Positions 44,990 to 53,975 of a stretch of DNA of 63,602 nt are shown piece by piece. Source of the DNA: an uncultured Candidatus Saccharibacteria bacterium. Its GTDB lineage: Bacteria; Patescibacteriota; Doudnabacteria; UBA920. Below the pieces are notes generated by a model, which had not been told where the DNA came from, did not search any database, and saw nothing but the letters and a program-made list of their open reading frames with translations. The stretch covers positions 1-63,602 of the forward strand of contig CAZTXY010000004.1 in the NCBI GenBank assembly GCA_964617815.1, in the 5' to 3' direction. Both the position numbers and the translations under genes were made by a program. Position 1 is the first letter of the stretch. Every line of letters starts with the position of its first letter.

Positions 44990-47001
44990 TAAAATGAAAT
45001 TTTTAACAAACTACTATCGTTAAGAACATAGATTGCTTTACTTGCTTCATTAACCGTAAAGTCTTTGGCGTTGGTTAAGTCGGAGCACTCTAAAATTTGT
45101 TGGAGTGCTCCAGTTTTGTTTAAAATAATAATGCGTTTGTTGCCAATGTCCAAAATGTAAACATTTTTTGTACTTGAGTCCGTATAAATCTTTCCTTTTG
45201 TAGAAAGCGGAGTGGTAAGACTAGGAAAATTAAACTCGGCAGCTTTACCCGATTGGAATTTGCTGACACCTGAGGGGCTTAAAATATATAAATTCCCATC
45301 GATGGCTAGATCTAAGCTTGTGGATAAGTCGCCAGCGTTTTGTAGAGAAATTAGTGGTTTGCCTAAATCTTTTTCTGTGGCAATAAAACTGATTACCCGA
45401 CTAGTTTTAGTGTCAATTGTGTAAACCCGATTATTTGTGGCATAACGACTTAGTCCAACTGCAGAATTTCCGGTAGGGACTTGGTCAGCAAACCCCGTTC
45501 CTAAAGTTGAGGTCTTATAGTTCCAAACATATAATCTTTCCCCGTTGTAAACTACAGCTGTCTCCTTGGTATTATAGATACTATCTTTGATAGGTTCAGC
45601 CGAGATTAGCGTGTTGTCTTCTGTTTTTTCTGTGGAGGTGTTATAGCTAATCAGAGTGCCGTTTGTTTGGGTGGCAAATATATTTGGTAAAACAATTAAG
45701 TTTTCCGCTGTACTTAAGGTGGCAACGGTTTCTGCTTTAACTGAAATTCGTTTTTCAATTTTAATAGCTAACTCATTGGATTGTTTTTCCAGTTCGGCAA
45801 TAGCTTCTGCCAAGTCTTTATTACTTTTTAAAGTTTCAATTTTAGTTCTAGCTAAAGCTAAAAATTCATTAGCTTGCGCTGGGTCTTGGTACAAAAAGGC
45901 TGAGTTAGCGTCGGTGATCAGTTTGCTAATCTCTTCAACTTGGCCTTGAATCTCTGTTTGCTCTACTTTAATTTTTTTATAGTAGCTAGTTATGCCAATG
46001 TTGGCTATTAGGGCTACTACTAAGACAATGCTAGAGACAAAGAAAATTTTCTTTTGGCGAGAGAATTTTTGAAATGTATCTGGATGAAAAGTATTTTTAG
46101 CTGTTGCGCCAAAAGATAATAGTTGCTGTTTATTCTTTTTAAACATTCCTCGAACATCAAAATTTCCGGTTGCGGGATTTCTTGTTGAGTTAATAATCTT
46201 AGCCCCTAAGGTTTTTGAAGAACTAAAGCCTTTTTTAAAAAAGTAGCTCGCTTGGTGTTGTAGAGTTTTCCAAAAACTTGTGGTTTCTTTGTCCGGGGCT
46301 ATGTAATCTTCTAGCGCAACTTGCTCCTGTGGAATTGTTCCAGGTTCGGCTTGTAAAATTAATAAAGTCCCAAAAGCTGTTTCTGGTCCAGCATTATCTT
46401 GCAAAATTTGCATAATTTGTTGGCCTGCTAAAGGCAAACTATGCTCCACTAAAATATTTTTTATGCGATCTATTGAAACGTGGTTAAAAAGTTGATTGGT
46501 GGAAAGAATAACAATGTCGTGCAGACGCACTTTGCCAACGGCAAAATTCTCAAAAGTTTTTAGCGGGTGCGTAGCCGGACTATTGTCTGCAATATTAGTA
46601 AAGTCATTTTCTCGAAAAAGCAAAGCGCTAATTTTTCCTGTAGTCGCAATACTAAAATCTTGACCATCTTTAACAGCAATGAGTCCGTTTAGTTTGCCAA
46701 TCCAGTAAGTTTGGCCTAATGAAGCCAGTTTGCCCAACTCTTCGTTAATTTGAGCAAGAGCATTTTCGAAAGTATCAGGGCCTGAGGTTTTTCGGTAAGA
46801 GCGTTTTAGGCTCGCGGCAATGGCTTTGGCTATGCGTTCACAGTCTTCTGTGGCCGCTGGGTTCATTAATGGCAACTCAGTAATAACATAAAGCTCAGTG
46901 CTGTCGTTAAAAGCCTTTTCAGCTAACATAAAAACGTGAGCATTTATAGCTTTTGGATTACCGAATTGGATTTTGGCAACTTGGGTTTCTAAGTTATCCA
47001 T
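44989..47001 (-). CDS. Hypothetical 670-aa membrane protein (cytoplasmic N-domain, 1 TM, coiled coil, beta-rich C-domain)
   Basis: Long ORF with background composition. Its TAA overlaps the CYTH ATG (TAATG). Confidence 0.5.
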   Translation of the reverse strand: MDNLETQVAKIQFGNPKAINAHVFMLAEKAFNDSTELYVITELPLMNPAATEDCERIAKAIAASLKRSYRKTSGPDTFENALAQINEELGKLASLGQTYWIGKLNGLIAVKDGQDFSIATTGKISALLFRENDFTNIADNSPATHPLKTFENFAVGKVRLHDIVILSTNQLFNHVSIDRIKNILVEHSLPLAGQQIMQILQDNAGPETAFGTLLILQAEPGTIPQEQVALEDYIAPDKETTSFWKTLQHQASYFFKKGFSSSKTLGAKIINSTRNPATGNFDVRGMFKKNKQQLLSFGATAKNTFHPDTFQKFSRQKKIFFVSSIVLVVALIANIGITSYYKKIKVEQTEIQGQVEEISKLITDANSAFLYQDPAQANEFLALARTKIETLKSNKDLAEAIAELEKQSNELAIKIEKRISVKAETVATLSTAENLIVLPNIFATQTNGTLISYNTSTEKTEDNTLISAEPIKDSIYNTKETAVVYNGERLYVWNYKTSTLGTGFADQVPTGNSAVGLSRYATNNRVYTIDTKTSRVISFIATEKDLGKPLISLQNAGDLSTSLDLAIDGNLYILSPSGVSKFQSGKAAEFNFPSLTTPLSTKGKIYTDSSTKNVYILDIGNKRIIILNKTGALQQILECSDLTNAKDFTVNEASKAIYVLNDSSLLKISF

Positions 47002-47070
47002 TTATTTTCTATAGTATACAACATTTTGCCTTGTTTTCAAAAATATTCCCCTCTTCTTTGAGGAATTGTT

Positions 47071-47153
47071 GAGATTCCTCGACAAGCTCGGAATGACAGT
47101 GAAAATAGGCCTAACTTTTAATACTGTCATCCTGAGCGAAGTCGAAGGATCTC
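47071..47153. repeat. CTGTCAT-family arms in tail-to-head arrangement
   Basis: gagattcctcgacaagctcggaatgacag ... ctgtcatcctgagcgaagtcgaaggatctc. Confidence 0.85.
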
Positions 47154-47210
47154 TTTTTGACCCGAGAGTTTTAAAGCCTATGCTATACTTAAACAGTAAA
47201 ACTTTTATAC

Positions 47211-47783
47211 ATGACTATTCAAGAAATTTTAGACTCGAAGCCAAAATCTTCTCTCATCGCGCTTTTATTACTTGCCCCTAACAGGAGCTTCTCAGGGGTT
47301 GAATTATCAAAGCGCCTTGGCATTCCGCAACCAAAGTTGCAACTTGTGTTATCTGAGTTAGTAAAGCAGGGGAGTGTAAAAACTTTTTTTAAACAGCGCG
47401 CCAAGTTTTATCTGTTAAATACTCAATCAAAATATTTTCCCGAACTTAAAGCTTCGCTTCAGAAAAATAAAGTTCACTATGAAGATGAATTATTTTTAGC
47501 CCTCAAGCAACTTGGAGAAGTTAAAGCGGTTTTTTTGAGCGGCGTATTTACTGGTAAACCAGAGCTTCCTGTAGATGTTTTGTTAGTTGGCAAAATAAAT
47601 CTAGATAAGTTGTCTAAGTTTTTAATTAATTGTAAAAAAATGATGGGGGTCGACATAAACTATAGTATTATGTCTGCGGATGAATTTGTTTCTAGACGCG
47701 ACACCTTTGATCGGTTTATTAAAGACATTTTCGATTATCCGCATTTGATAGTCCTTGATAAATTATCATCACCTAGTCACTAG
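47211..47783 (+). CDS. Putative winged-helix regulator with C-terminal nucleotidyltransferase-like domain
   Basis: FSGVELSKRLGIPQPKLQLVLSELVKQG resembles a wHTH motif. Confidence 0.4.
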   Translation: MTIQEILDSKPKSSLIALLLLAPNRSFSGVELSKRLGIPQPKLQLVLSELVKQGSVKTFFKQRAKFYLLNTQSKYFPELKASLQKNKVHYEDELFLALKQLGEVKAVFLSGVFTGKPELPVDVLLVGKINLDKLSKFLINCKKMMGVDINYSIMSADEFVSRRDTFDRFIKDIFDYPHLIVLDKLSSPSH

Positions 47784-47787
47784 CTTT

Positions 47788-48021
47788 ATGCAAGAAATTC
47801 AAAACATCTACAACTCAATTCTCGCGCCGTTTCCTTTATTTTTGCACCCATTTATATCCTTTGGGTTAGCTATATTTTTAATCTATTCGATTGTCCAAGT
47901 ATTAAAGAAAAACTTTATTTTTTTGATTGCGCTTATTATTTTACTCCCAGCTTCTATTCCGATAATAAAACAGGTTGGAGCCAGTCTGATTTCTGTGGTT
48001 AAGTTCTTATTGAAGATATAA
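47788..48021 (+). CDS. Small two-TM membrane protein
   Basis: Internal ATG (MQEIQNIY) of track ORF 47755. Confidence 0.4.
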   Translation: MQEIQNIYNSILAPFPLFLHPFISFGLAIFLIYSIVQVLKKNFIFLIALIILLPASIPIIKQVGASLISVVKFLLKI

Positions 48022-48025
48022 GACG

Positions 48026-48114
48026 AGTACTTGGTACATAGTACTTTGTACTTAGTTTTAAACAGAAGGACTCACTTGATACTACTTCGTACTAAGTACT
48101 CAGTACCAAGTACT
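48026..48114. repeat. 89-nt palindromic heptad element, copy 1 (upstream of lexA)
   Basis: Arms agtacttggtacatagtactttgtacttag / ctaagtactcagtaccaagtact surround a 30-nt core. Confidence 0.85.
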
Positions 48115-48140
48115 AAATAATTTAATTGTGGATAACTTTT

Positions 48141-48160
48141 GGGTGAACAAGCGTTTACCC
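48141..48160. promoter_or_regulatory. Candidate LexA (Cheo-type) box 1
   Basis: GGGTGAAC-AAGC-GTTTACCC, a GAAC-N4-GTTY dyad. Confidence 0.55.
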
Positions 48161-48175
48161 TTATTTTATTATATT

Positions 48176-48204
48176 TTGACACTAGGTGAACGAACGTATA
48201 CAAT
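48176..48204 (+). promoter_or_regulatory. lexA promoter TTGACA-N17-TACAAT with LexA-like box 2 in the spacer
   Basis: GAACGAACGTAT at 48188-48199 lies inside the spacer. Confidence 0.65.
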
Positions 48205-48212
48205 CAAGTTAC

Positions 48213-48250
48213 TAGCCTCTAGTGCCTAGCCACTAGTTACAAGGAACTAA
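48213..48250. repeat. Heptad array ending in phase with the lexA ATG
   Basis: TAG at 48213, 48220, 48227 and 48234, degenerate unit at 48241, TAA at 48248, ATG at 48255. Confidence 0.8.
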
Positions 48251-48254
48251 TTAC

Positions 48255-48866
48255 ATGTCCATCACCGATCGTCAAAAACAACTCCTCAAGTTTATTTCTA
48301 AACAGATCCGTGAGCATAATATGCCACCTTCAATCTCTGAGATGGCTGACTATCTTGAAGTTAAATCCAAGAATGCTGTGGCAAAACTATTGGATGCATT
48401 AGAAGAAGGGAATTATATTAAAACCAGTGGAAAAGCTAGAGGAATTACTGTTTTAAATAGTTTATCAGAAAGTTTAGAAAAAGGTTTTATTAGAGTGCCA
48501 GTTTTGGGTTCTGTCCAAGCTGGGAGCCCACATCTAGCCGAGGAGCATATTGAAGACTGGATTAATTTACCGCAAACCATGGTTAAAGGTAGACGCGATG
48601 TATTTTTACTCAAAGTCCGTGGTGACAGTATGATTAAAGCTGGAATATTTGAAGGAGATTTGGTTATTGTTCGTCCTACTCGCGAAGCCAAAAATAATGA
48701 TATTGTTGTGGCACTCTTGCACGATGAAGCAACGGTCAAACGTTTTGTGCAAATTAAAAATCGAGCCTATTTAAAAGCTGAAAACCCAGACTACCCAAAT
48801 ATCTATCCTAAGGAAGAGTGGATGATACAAGGTAAAGTCGTTGGTGTAATAAGAAACCTAGAATAA
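48255..48866 (+). CDS. lexA: LexA repressor (S24 peptidase)
   Basis: N-terminal wHTH (MPPSISEMADYL), cleavage-site region, GDSM catalytic Ser and VKRF Lys. Confidence 0.9.
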   Translation: MSITDRQKQLLKFISKQIREHNMPPSISEMADYLEVKSKNAVAKLLDALEEGNYIKTSGKARGITVLNSLSESLEKGFIRVPVLGSVQAGSPHLAEEHIEDWINLPQTMVKGRRDVFLLKVRGDSMIKAGIFEGDLVIVRPTREAKNNDIVVALLHDEATVKRFVQIKNRAYLKAENPDYPNIYPKEEWMIQGKVVGVIRNLE

Positions 48867-48873
48867 TAAATTT

Positions 48874-48962
48874 AGTACCTAGTACTGAGTACTTAGTACG
48901 AAGTCGGCTCAAGCGAGCACTTCTGTTTGAAACTAAGTACTAAGTACTAAGTACAAAGTACT
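48874..48962. repeat. 89-nt palindromic heptad element, copy 2 (inverted, downstream of lexA)
   Basis: The reverse complement aligns with copy 1 across arms and core (~80% in the core, by eye). Confidence 0.85.
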
Positions 48963-48968
48963 AAACAA

Positions 48969-49151
48969 ATGTCAGAACTTGAACTCACAAAAATTAATAT
49001 TGTTAAACAGTTGAGGGGTTTATGCGCTCACTGTGCTAATAACCGGGCTCATAGCTGTCCAGTTCAAACTATTGCAAAACAAGTTAGGTCTATTCGAGGC
49101 ATCCCTTTAATTGTTAACAATGAATTCAAAGGCGTGTTGTTAGCGCACTAG
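48969..49151 (+). CDS. Small Cys-containing hypothetical protein (60 aa)
   Basis: CAHC...SC. It starts 6 nt after the palindromic element. Confidence 0.35.
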   Translation: MSELELTKINIVKQLRGLCAHCANNRAHSCPVQTIAKQVRSIRGIPLIVNNEFKGVLLAH

Positions 49152-49168
49152 GCAAGTTTGGAGGGCTT

Positions 49169-49525
49169 ATGAATAATGGCATATATATTCAAGAAGGTTT
49201 GGCAGACTTAGCTGTTAATGACCTCCTTGTCACTTTAAAAACGGAGACGCGTAAAAATTTTGATAAGTTAGAGGCACTACCAAGCAGAACACTAATTTAT
49301 TTTAGTTTTAATGAGCTTGATGCCGACAATTTAGCTGGGAGGTTTAGCCTGTCTTTAAAATTTGGTTACTTTGTAACTTTTTTTACTTCAACAGAAGTCT
49401 ATGTAATTTTTCCAGAAAGATTTTTTAAATACACAAAAGGGCTTTATGGCGTTAGAGAAAATATTATTATCTACGGTCAAACTCAAGGGATACCCAAACA
49501 AGAGTTAGTCTGGGCGGAGCAGTAG
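49169..49525 (+). CDS. Hypothetical protein (118 aa)
   Basis: GGAGGG RBS, no recognisable motif. Confidence 0.4.
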   Translation: MNNGIYIQEGLADLAVNDLLVTLKTETRKNFDKLEALPSRTLIYFSFNELDADNLAGRFSLSLKFGYFVTFFTSTEVYVIFPERFFKYTKGLYGVRENIIIYGQTQGIPKQELVWAEQ

Positions 49526-49529
49526 AATT

Positions 49530-49796
49530 ATGAAATCTGAGGAAGTTATATTAAAGGAGTTGCAGATTATCCCTGGGGTTGGTAAGAGTATTGCTCAGGA
49601 TTTACTAGATCTTGGCATACGTACTCCTAAAGCTTTAAAAGGCCGGAACCCTGAGAAACTTTATTTTCAACTTTGTAATTTACGAGGCCAGCACATAGAC
49701 CGTTGTATGCTCTATGTTTTTAGGTGTGCAGTTTATTTTGTAGAAACTAAAAAACCCCAGCCTAGACTTCTTTTGTGGTGGAATTGGAAAGATTAG
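49530..49796 (+). CDS. Helix-hairpin-helix (Cdd1-like) small protein
   Basis: LQIIPGVGKSIAQDLLDLGIRT HhH motif and conserved C-terminal Cys residues. Confidence 0.55.
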   Translation: MKSEEVILKELQIIPGVGKSIAQDLLDLGIRTPKALKGRNPEKLYFQLCNLRGQHIDRCMLYVFRCAVYFVETKKPQPRLLLWWNWKD

Positions 49797-49907
49797 TAAC
49801 CTAAAAATATTTTTTAGATTCTTATTATATAGACTTACTAAAGTAACTGTATGTTGCTTTTTTGGCATAATCCGCTTAGATATAAGGGGTAATCATCTGC
49901 TTTAGAC

Positions 49908-49936
49908 TTGACAAAAATTGTAAATTACTCTATAAT
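49908..49936 (+). promoter_or_regulatory. Promoter TTGACA-N17-TATAAT of the surface-protein gene
   Basis: Perfect consensus, ~110-nt leader. Confidence 0.75.
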
Positions 49937-50053
49937 AATCAATCGTATCAAAGTCTCGCTTATTTTCGGGACTTGCTATGTATTAATTTATTAATATTTT
50001 ATAAACTAGTATTAGGACTTGAAACTTTAACAAGTCACTAAGGCAAAACACCT

Positions 50054-53000
50054 ATGACATTTATTAAATCATTATTTGCGCGCACCAATCTATTCGGGTC
50101 CAGAAAAGCTAGTCGCTCATTTGCAGTGCTTGCTGTTTTGGCGGTTACTGCTGGGCTTTTGATTATTCCACAAGCTTCTGACAGGGCTCAATCAGTCGAA
50201 TGTCCAAATCCACCAACCAATGCGACTCTAAACCCTTACCCTGTGCAATGGTATCCTGGTGGGGCCTTATGTAAAGACTTTCCAGCTATTGTTGGACGTA
50301 ACGTGACTCGTGGTCAGCATTATCCTACAAGCCAAGCAGAACAGAACAGTGGTGTGACTGCAACCAGCGGTGAAGAAATTGACGTCCAAATGTATTTACA
50401 TAATGGAGCAGCGAACAATCTTCCCCAAGACCAAACCGATGCCACTAATGTGCGTATTACTACATCTACCCCTACTAGCGTAGGAAGTAATCATACAATT
50501 AGTGTTTCTATGGTTGGAACTCGTGCCAATGGCAATCCAACTAACACGGTTTCTGGTAGCTTTACTGTGCATACTGGCGCTAATGAGCGTCTTGAGATTG
50601 TTCCAAATTCTGGGGAGCGTTATGACTCAAGTAATAATCTTGAACAAAGTGGTTTCTCTATGGGTAATAATACTGTTACCGTAAATAGATTACGCGCTTG
50701 TTTTGAATATGCTAAATTTTTCCGTTACACTGTTCGCGTAGTTTCTGACGCAGGTCAGTTAAATCTGACAAAAGACGTTCGAAACGTTACTCAAAATGAT
50801 ACCAGCTTTGCTGATACTACCAATGCAAATACTAACGATGTTGTTGAATACCGAATTAATGTTTCTGCTACCAATGGCAATTTAACCAATGTTACTCTAC
50901 GCGATGTTGGTGTTTCTGGCATTGCTTTTATACCGGGAACTCTTCGAGTTAATGGAGGTCTTGGTAGCGGTACTTTAAATCCAGCTATCTCTTTGGGGAA
51001 TATAAACTCTGGCCAAACAGATATTATAAACTATCAAGCTCGTGTAACAGCTGGTGCTGGCACCTATGTTAATACTGCAACTGCTACTAGTGGTTCTTTA
51101 ACTGACAGCGATACGGCTACAGTAATTGTCAGCCAAGTTGTTAACCCTGTAGTTTGTAACCCATCCACTCAAACTGTAAACGTCAACCAAAACGCTAACT
51201 TTACTGCCACTGGTGGCAATGGTACTTTTTCTTGGCAAGCAAGTGGCGGCACTCCAGCAAATGGTAGTGGCTCCTCTTTTTCCACTCGCTATACAACTTC
51301 TGGCACAAAAACTGTAACCGTAACTTCAAATGGTCAATCAGACTCTTGTGCTGTTATTGTTAACCAAATTGTTAACCCTGTAGTTTGTAACCCATCTACT
51401 CAAACTGTGAACGTCAACCAAAATGCCAACTTTACCGCCACTGGTGGTAATGGTACTTTCTCATGGCAAGCTAGCGGTGGTAGCCCTTCGGCTGGTAATG
51501 GTTCAAGTTTTTCAACTTCATATAATACTTCTGGCACAAAAACTGTGACAGTAACTTCAAATGGTCAATCAGACTCTTGTGCTGTTATTGTTAACCAAAT
51601 TGTTAACCCTGTAGTTTGCAACCCTTCAAGTCAAACTGTAGACATTAATCAGAACGCTAACTTTACCGCCACTGGTGGTAATGGTACTTTCTCATGGCAA
51701 GCCAGCGGCGGCACTCCAGCAAATGGTAGCGGTTCTTCTTTTTCCACTCGCTATACAACTTCTGGCACAAAAACTGTGACAGTAACTTCAAATGGTCAAA
51801 GTGACAGTTGTTCTGTTATTGTTCGTGATATCCCACAAGTTTTTTGTTCTCCCTCTTCTCAAACAGTAGACCTTAATGAAAATGCTTTCTTGTCAGCGAC
51901 TGGTGGTAACGGTACTTTCTCATGGCAAGCTAGCGGTGGGACACCTTCGACTGGAAGTGGTTCAACTTTTCAAACCAGCTATCCTGTTTCTGGCACTAAA
52001 AATGTAACCGTAACTTCTGGTACCCGTACCGCGAACTGTACAGTTATTGTCAGACAGCCCCAAATTAATAGCGTTGTTTGTAACCCTTTAAGTCAAACTG
52101 TAAATATTGGTCAGCCAGCTAACTTTACTGCCACTGGTGGTAACGGTACTTTCTCATGGCAAGCAAGCGGTGGTAGTCCTTCCACTGGCAGTGGTTCAAG
52201 TTTTTCCACTTCATATAATGCTTCTGGAAGTCGCACTGTAACTGTGACTTCAGGGAATACTTCAGACTCTTGTCAGGTCTTAATCAATCAAAATCAAGGC
52301 TACTTATCTATCGACAAGTCTGTCCGTAACTTCACAAACAGTGGTAATTTCTCCAGCAGTATTGAAGTTGAGAATAATACTACAGTTGAATATCGTATTT
52401 TAGTTACTGCTAATGGTGGTAACGTCAATAACGTACGTTTACTTGAAAACTTACCAAGTCAGTTAACACTAGTTTCTGGCTCAGTTCGTTTAGACAACAC
52501 TACTATTAGTGATAACTTCAGTAATTCTTCAATTAGTCTTGGCACTATGACTAGTGGCCAAACTCGTACTTTAACTTTCCGCGCAGTCGCCAGAGCTATC
52601 TCTGGGCAAAGCCAGACAGTTATTAACAATACTGCAATTGCAAGCGGGGATAACACTCCAAGCGTTAGTGATTCAGCAACTGTAACAATCCGTCAATTAA
52701 TTGGTACTTGTTGCAAGCAACTTGCTATTACTAAGCAAGTTCGTAACGTTACAACAGGAACTTCTTTCCAAAACAGTGTTCAGGCTGCTAATGCCGATAG
52801 AGTTAGTTATGAAGTAATTGTTTCTAACGTTGGTACAGAAACCGTCTTTAATGTTCAACTAACAGACGCTTTGCCAGGCTTGCTTTCACTGGACAATAGT
52901 TCAATTCGCGTAGACGGCAACCAGTTTCCTACTGGTAATAACCTAATCAATTTATCTTTAGGAACTTTAAACGTTGGCCAGCAAAAGCGTATTACTTACG

Positions 53001-53605
53001 AAGTAACTGTTAACGCTACTGCCACTTCTGTTATTCAAAACATTGCCCGAGCCACAGGTGACGGTGTTAGCCAAGTACAAGACGATGCCTTTGTCTATGT
53101 TAACAGCGGTAATACCAATGTAACCTTGTCCAAGAAAGCTTGGAATGATACTAAGAATGTGAACGCTCAAAGCACACACGCAGACCGCGAAAATTATATC
53201 ACCTATACCCTTATGGTTACCAACAGTAACTCTACAGCGGTCAATAACTTTATAATTACAGACGATCTTTCCGGAGTATTACCATTAGCAGATATGGTTG
53301 AGCTTGGTGGTGGTTTCCTTTCTGGAAATGTCATTAGCTATCCAGCCATTACTATTCCAGCAAATGGTTCTGTAACCAAAACTTTTAAAGTTCGTGTTAA
53401 GTACCACTTAAATACTACACAGAGTTTTACAATGGTGAATACCTACGGTAACACTGTGACTATTAACATTCCTGGCAACACTCCTTTTGAAGCTCCAAAA
53501 ACTGGAGCTAGTGGAACAAGTGCTATGGTCTTTGGTGGCTTACTTTCTTCTGGTCTTATGCTTTGGCGCAAGCGCCGCGAGATCATGAGTTTGATTCTTG
53601 CTTAA
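50054..53605 (+). CDS. Giant cell-surface protein: DUF11-type repeats, 5 tandem Ig-like repeats, LPXTG-like (APKTG) anchor
   Basis: N-terminal TM/signal segment. VEYRI.V.N.G..NV.L.D DUF11 motifs occur 4 times. C-terminal APKTG, then a hydrophobic stretch, then RKRRE. Confidence 0.8.
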   Translation: MTFIKSLFARTNLFGSRKASRSFAVLAVLAVTAGLLIIPQASDRAQSVECPNPPTNATLNPYPVQWYPGGALCKDFPAIVGRNVTRGQHYPTSQAEQNSGVTATSGEEIDVQMYLHNGAANNLPQDQTDATNVRITTSTPTSVGSNHTISVSMVGTRANGNPTNTVSGSFTVHTGANERLEIVPNSGERYDSSNNLEQSGFSMGNNTVTVNRLRACFEYAKFFRYTVRVVSDAGQLNLTKDVRNVTQNDTSFADTTNANTNDVVEYRINVSATNGNLTNVTLRDVGVSGIAFIPGTLRVNGGLGSGTLNPAISLGNINSGQTDIINYQARVTAGAGTYVNTATATSGSLTDSDTATVIVSQVVNPVVCNPSTQTVNVNQNANFTATGGNGTFSWQASGGTPANGSGSSFSTRYTTSGTKTVTVTSNGQSDSCAVIVNQIVNPVVCNPSTQTVNVNQNANFTATGGNGTFSWQASGGSPSAGNGSSFSTSYNTSGTKTVTVTSNGQSDSCAVIVNQIVNPVVCNPSSQTVDINQNANFTATGGNGTFSWQASGGTPANGSGSSFSTRYTTSGTKTVTVTSNGQSDSCSVIVRDIPQVFCSPSSQTVDLNENAFLSATGGNGTFSWQASGGTPSTGSGSTFQTSYPVSGTKNVTVTSGTRTANCTVIVRQPQINSVVCNPLSQTVNIGQPANFTATGGNGTFSWQASGGSPSTGSGSSFSTSYNASGSRTVTVTSGNTSDSCQVLINQNQGYLSIDKSVRNFTNSGNFSSSIEVENNTTVEYRILVTANGGNVNNVRLLENLPSQLTLVSGSVRLDNTTISDNFSNSSISLGTMTSGQTRTLTFRAVARAISGQSQTVINNTAIASGDNTPSVSDSATVTIRQLIGTCCKQLAITKQVRNVTTGTSFQNSVQAANADRVSYEVIVSNVGTETVFNVQLTDALPGLLSLDNSSIRVDGNQFPTGNNLINLSLGTLNVGQQKRITYEVTVNATATSVIQNIARATGDGVSQVQDDAFVYVNSGNTNVTLSKKAWNDTKNVNAQSTHADRENYITYTLMVTNSNSTAVNNFIITDDLSGVLPLADMVELGGGFLSGNVISYPAITIPANGSVTKTFKVRVKYHLNTTQSFTMVNTYGNTVTINIPGNTPFEAPKTGASGTSAMVFGGLLSSGLMLWRKRREIMSLILA
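51134..52290 (+). repeat. Five tandem ~231-nt (77-aa) coding repeats
   Basis: VVCNPSTQTVNVNQNANFTATGGNGTFSWQASGG...TVTVTS...SC.VIV units. Repeats 1-3 are near-identical and mosaic. Repeats 4-5 are diverged. Confidence 0.9.
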
Positions 53606-53631
53606 ACATGACAGCACAGCCCTCTCTTGCA

Positions 53632-53659
53632 CTGTCATCCTGAGTGAAGCGAAGGATCT
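53632..53659. repeat. CTGTCAT-family arm
   Basis: ctgtcatcctgagtgaagcgaaggatct. Confidence 0.85.
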
Positions 53660-53660
53660 A

Positions 53661-53702
53661 AAAAAAGCCCCGCCCTTTTGTAAAAAAGGCGGGGCTTTTT
53701 TG
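53661..53702 (+). terminator. Terminator after the surface-protein gene
   Basis: gccccgcc/ggcggggc stem flanked by an A-run and a T-run. Confidence 0.8.
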
Positions 53703-53717
53703 ATTTAACTTTTATTG

Positions 53718-53796
53718 TGTCATTCCAGGTTTGAACTGGAATCCATAATCATCTGATTATTTAATCTTGGATCCCAAATCTAGTTTGGGATGACAT
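53718..53796. repeat. CTGTCAT-family element ('ccaggtttgaactggaatcc' subtype)
   Basis: The right arm ggatcccaaatctagtttgggatgacat matches window positions 11-38. Confidence 0.85.
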
Positions 53797-53852
53797 AAGC
53801 CTTCTATTTTCAGCCTAAGTACTGAGCACTAAGGACTATTTGTATCTCAAGT

Positions 53853-53880
53853 TTGCATAATTTTCATAACTTGCTATGAT
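53853..53880 (+). promoter_or_regulatory. Promoter TTGCAT-N16-TATGAT upstream of galE
   Basis: Sequence match only. Confidence 0.5.
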
Positions 53881-53975
53881 AAAAATACAGAAAATAAATA
53901 CTCAAACAAAAAGACAGCCCAAGCAGTCGAAATATAATTTGACTGACTAGCTGTCTTTGTTGTTTAATCACTTTT

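Noticed and set aside
51134-52290. Near-identical 231-nt tandem repeats as a CRISPR array or a DGR template/variable repeat pair
   Set aside because: The repeats are contiguous with no spacers and lie in frame inside a long CDS. Differences between copies are mostly synonymous third-position changes, not adenine-specific. No reverse transcriptase or cas gene is present.
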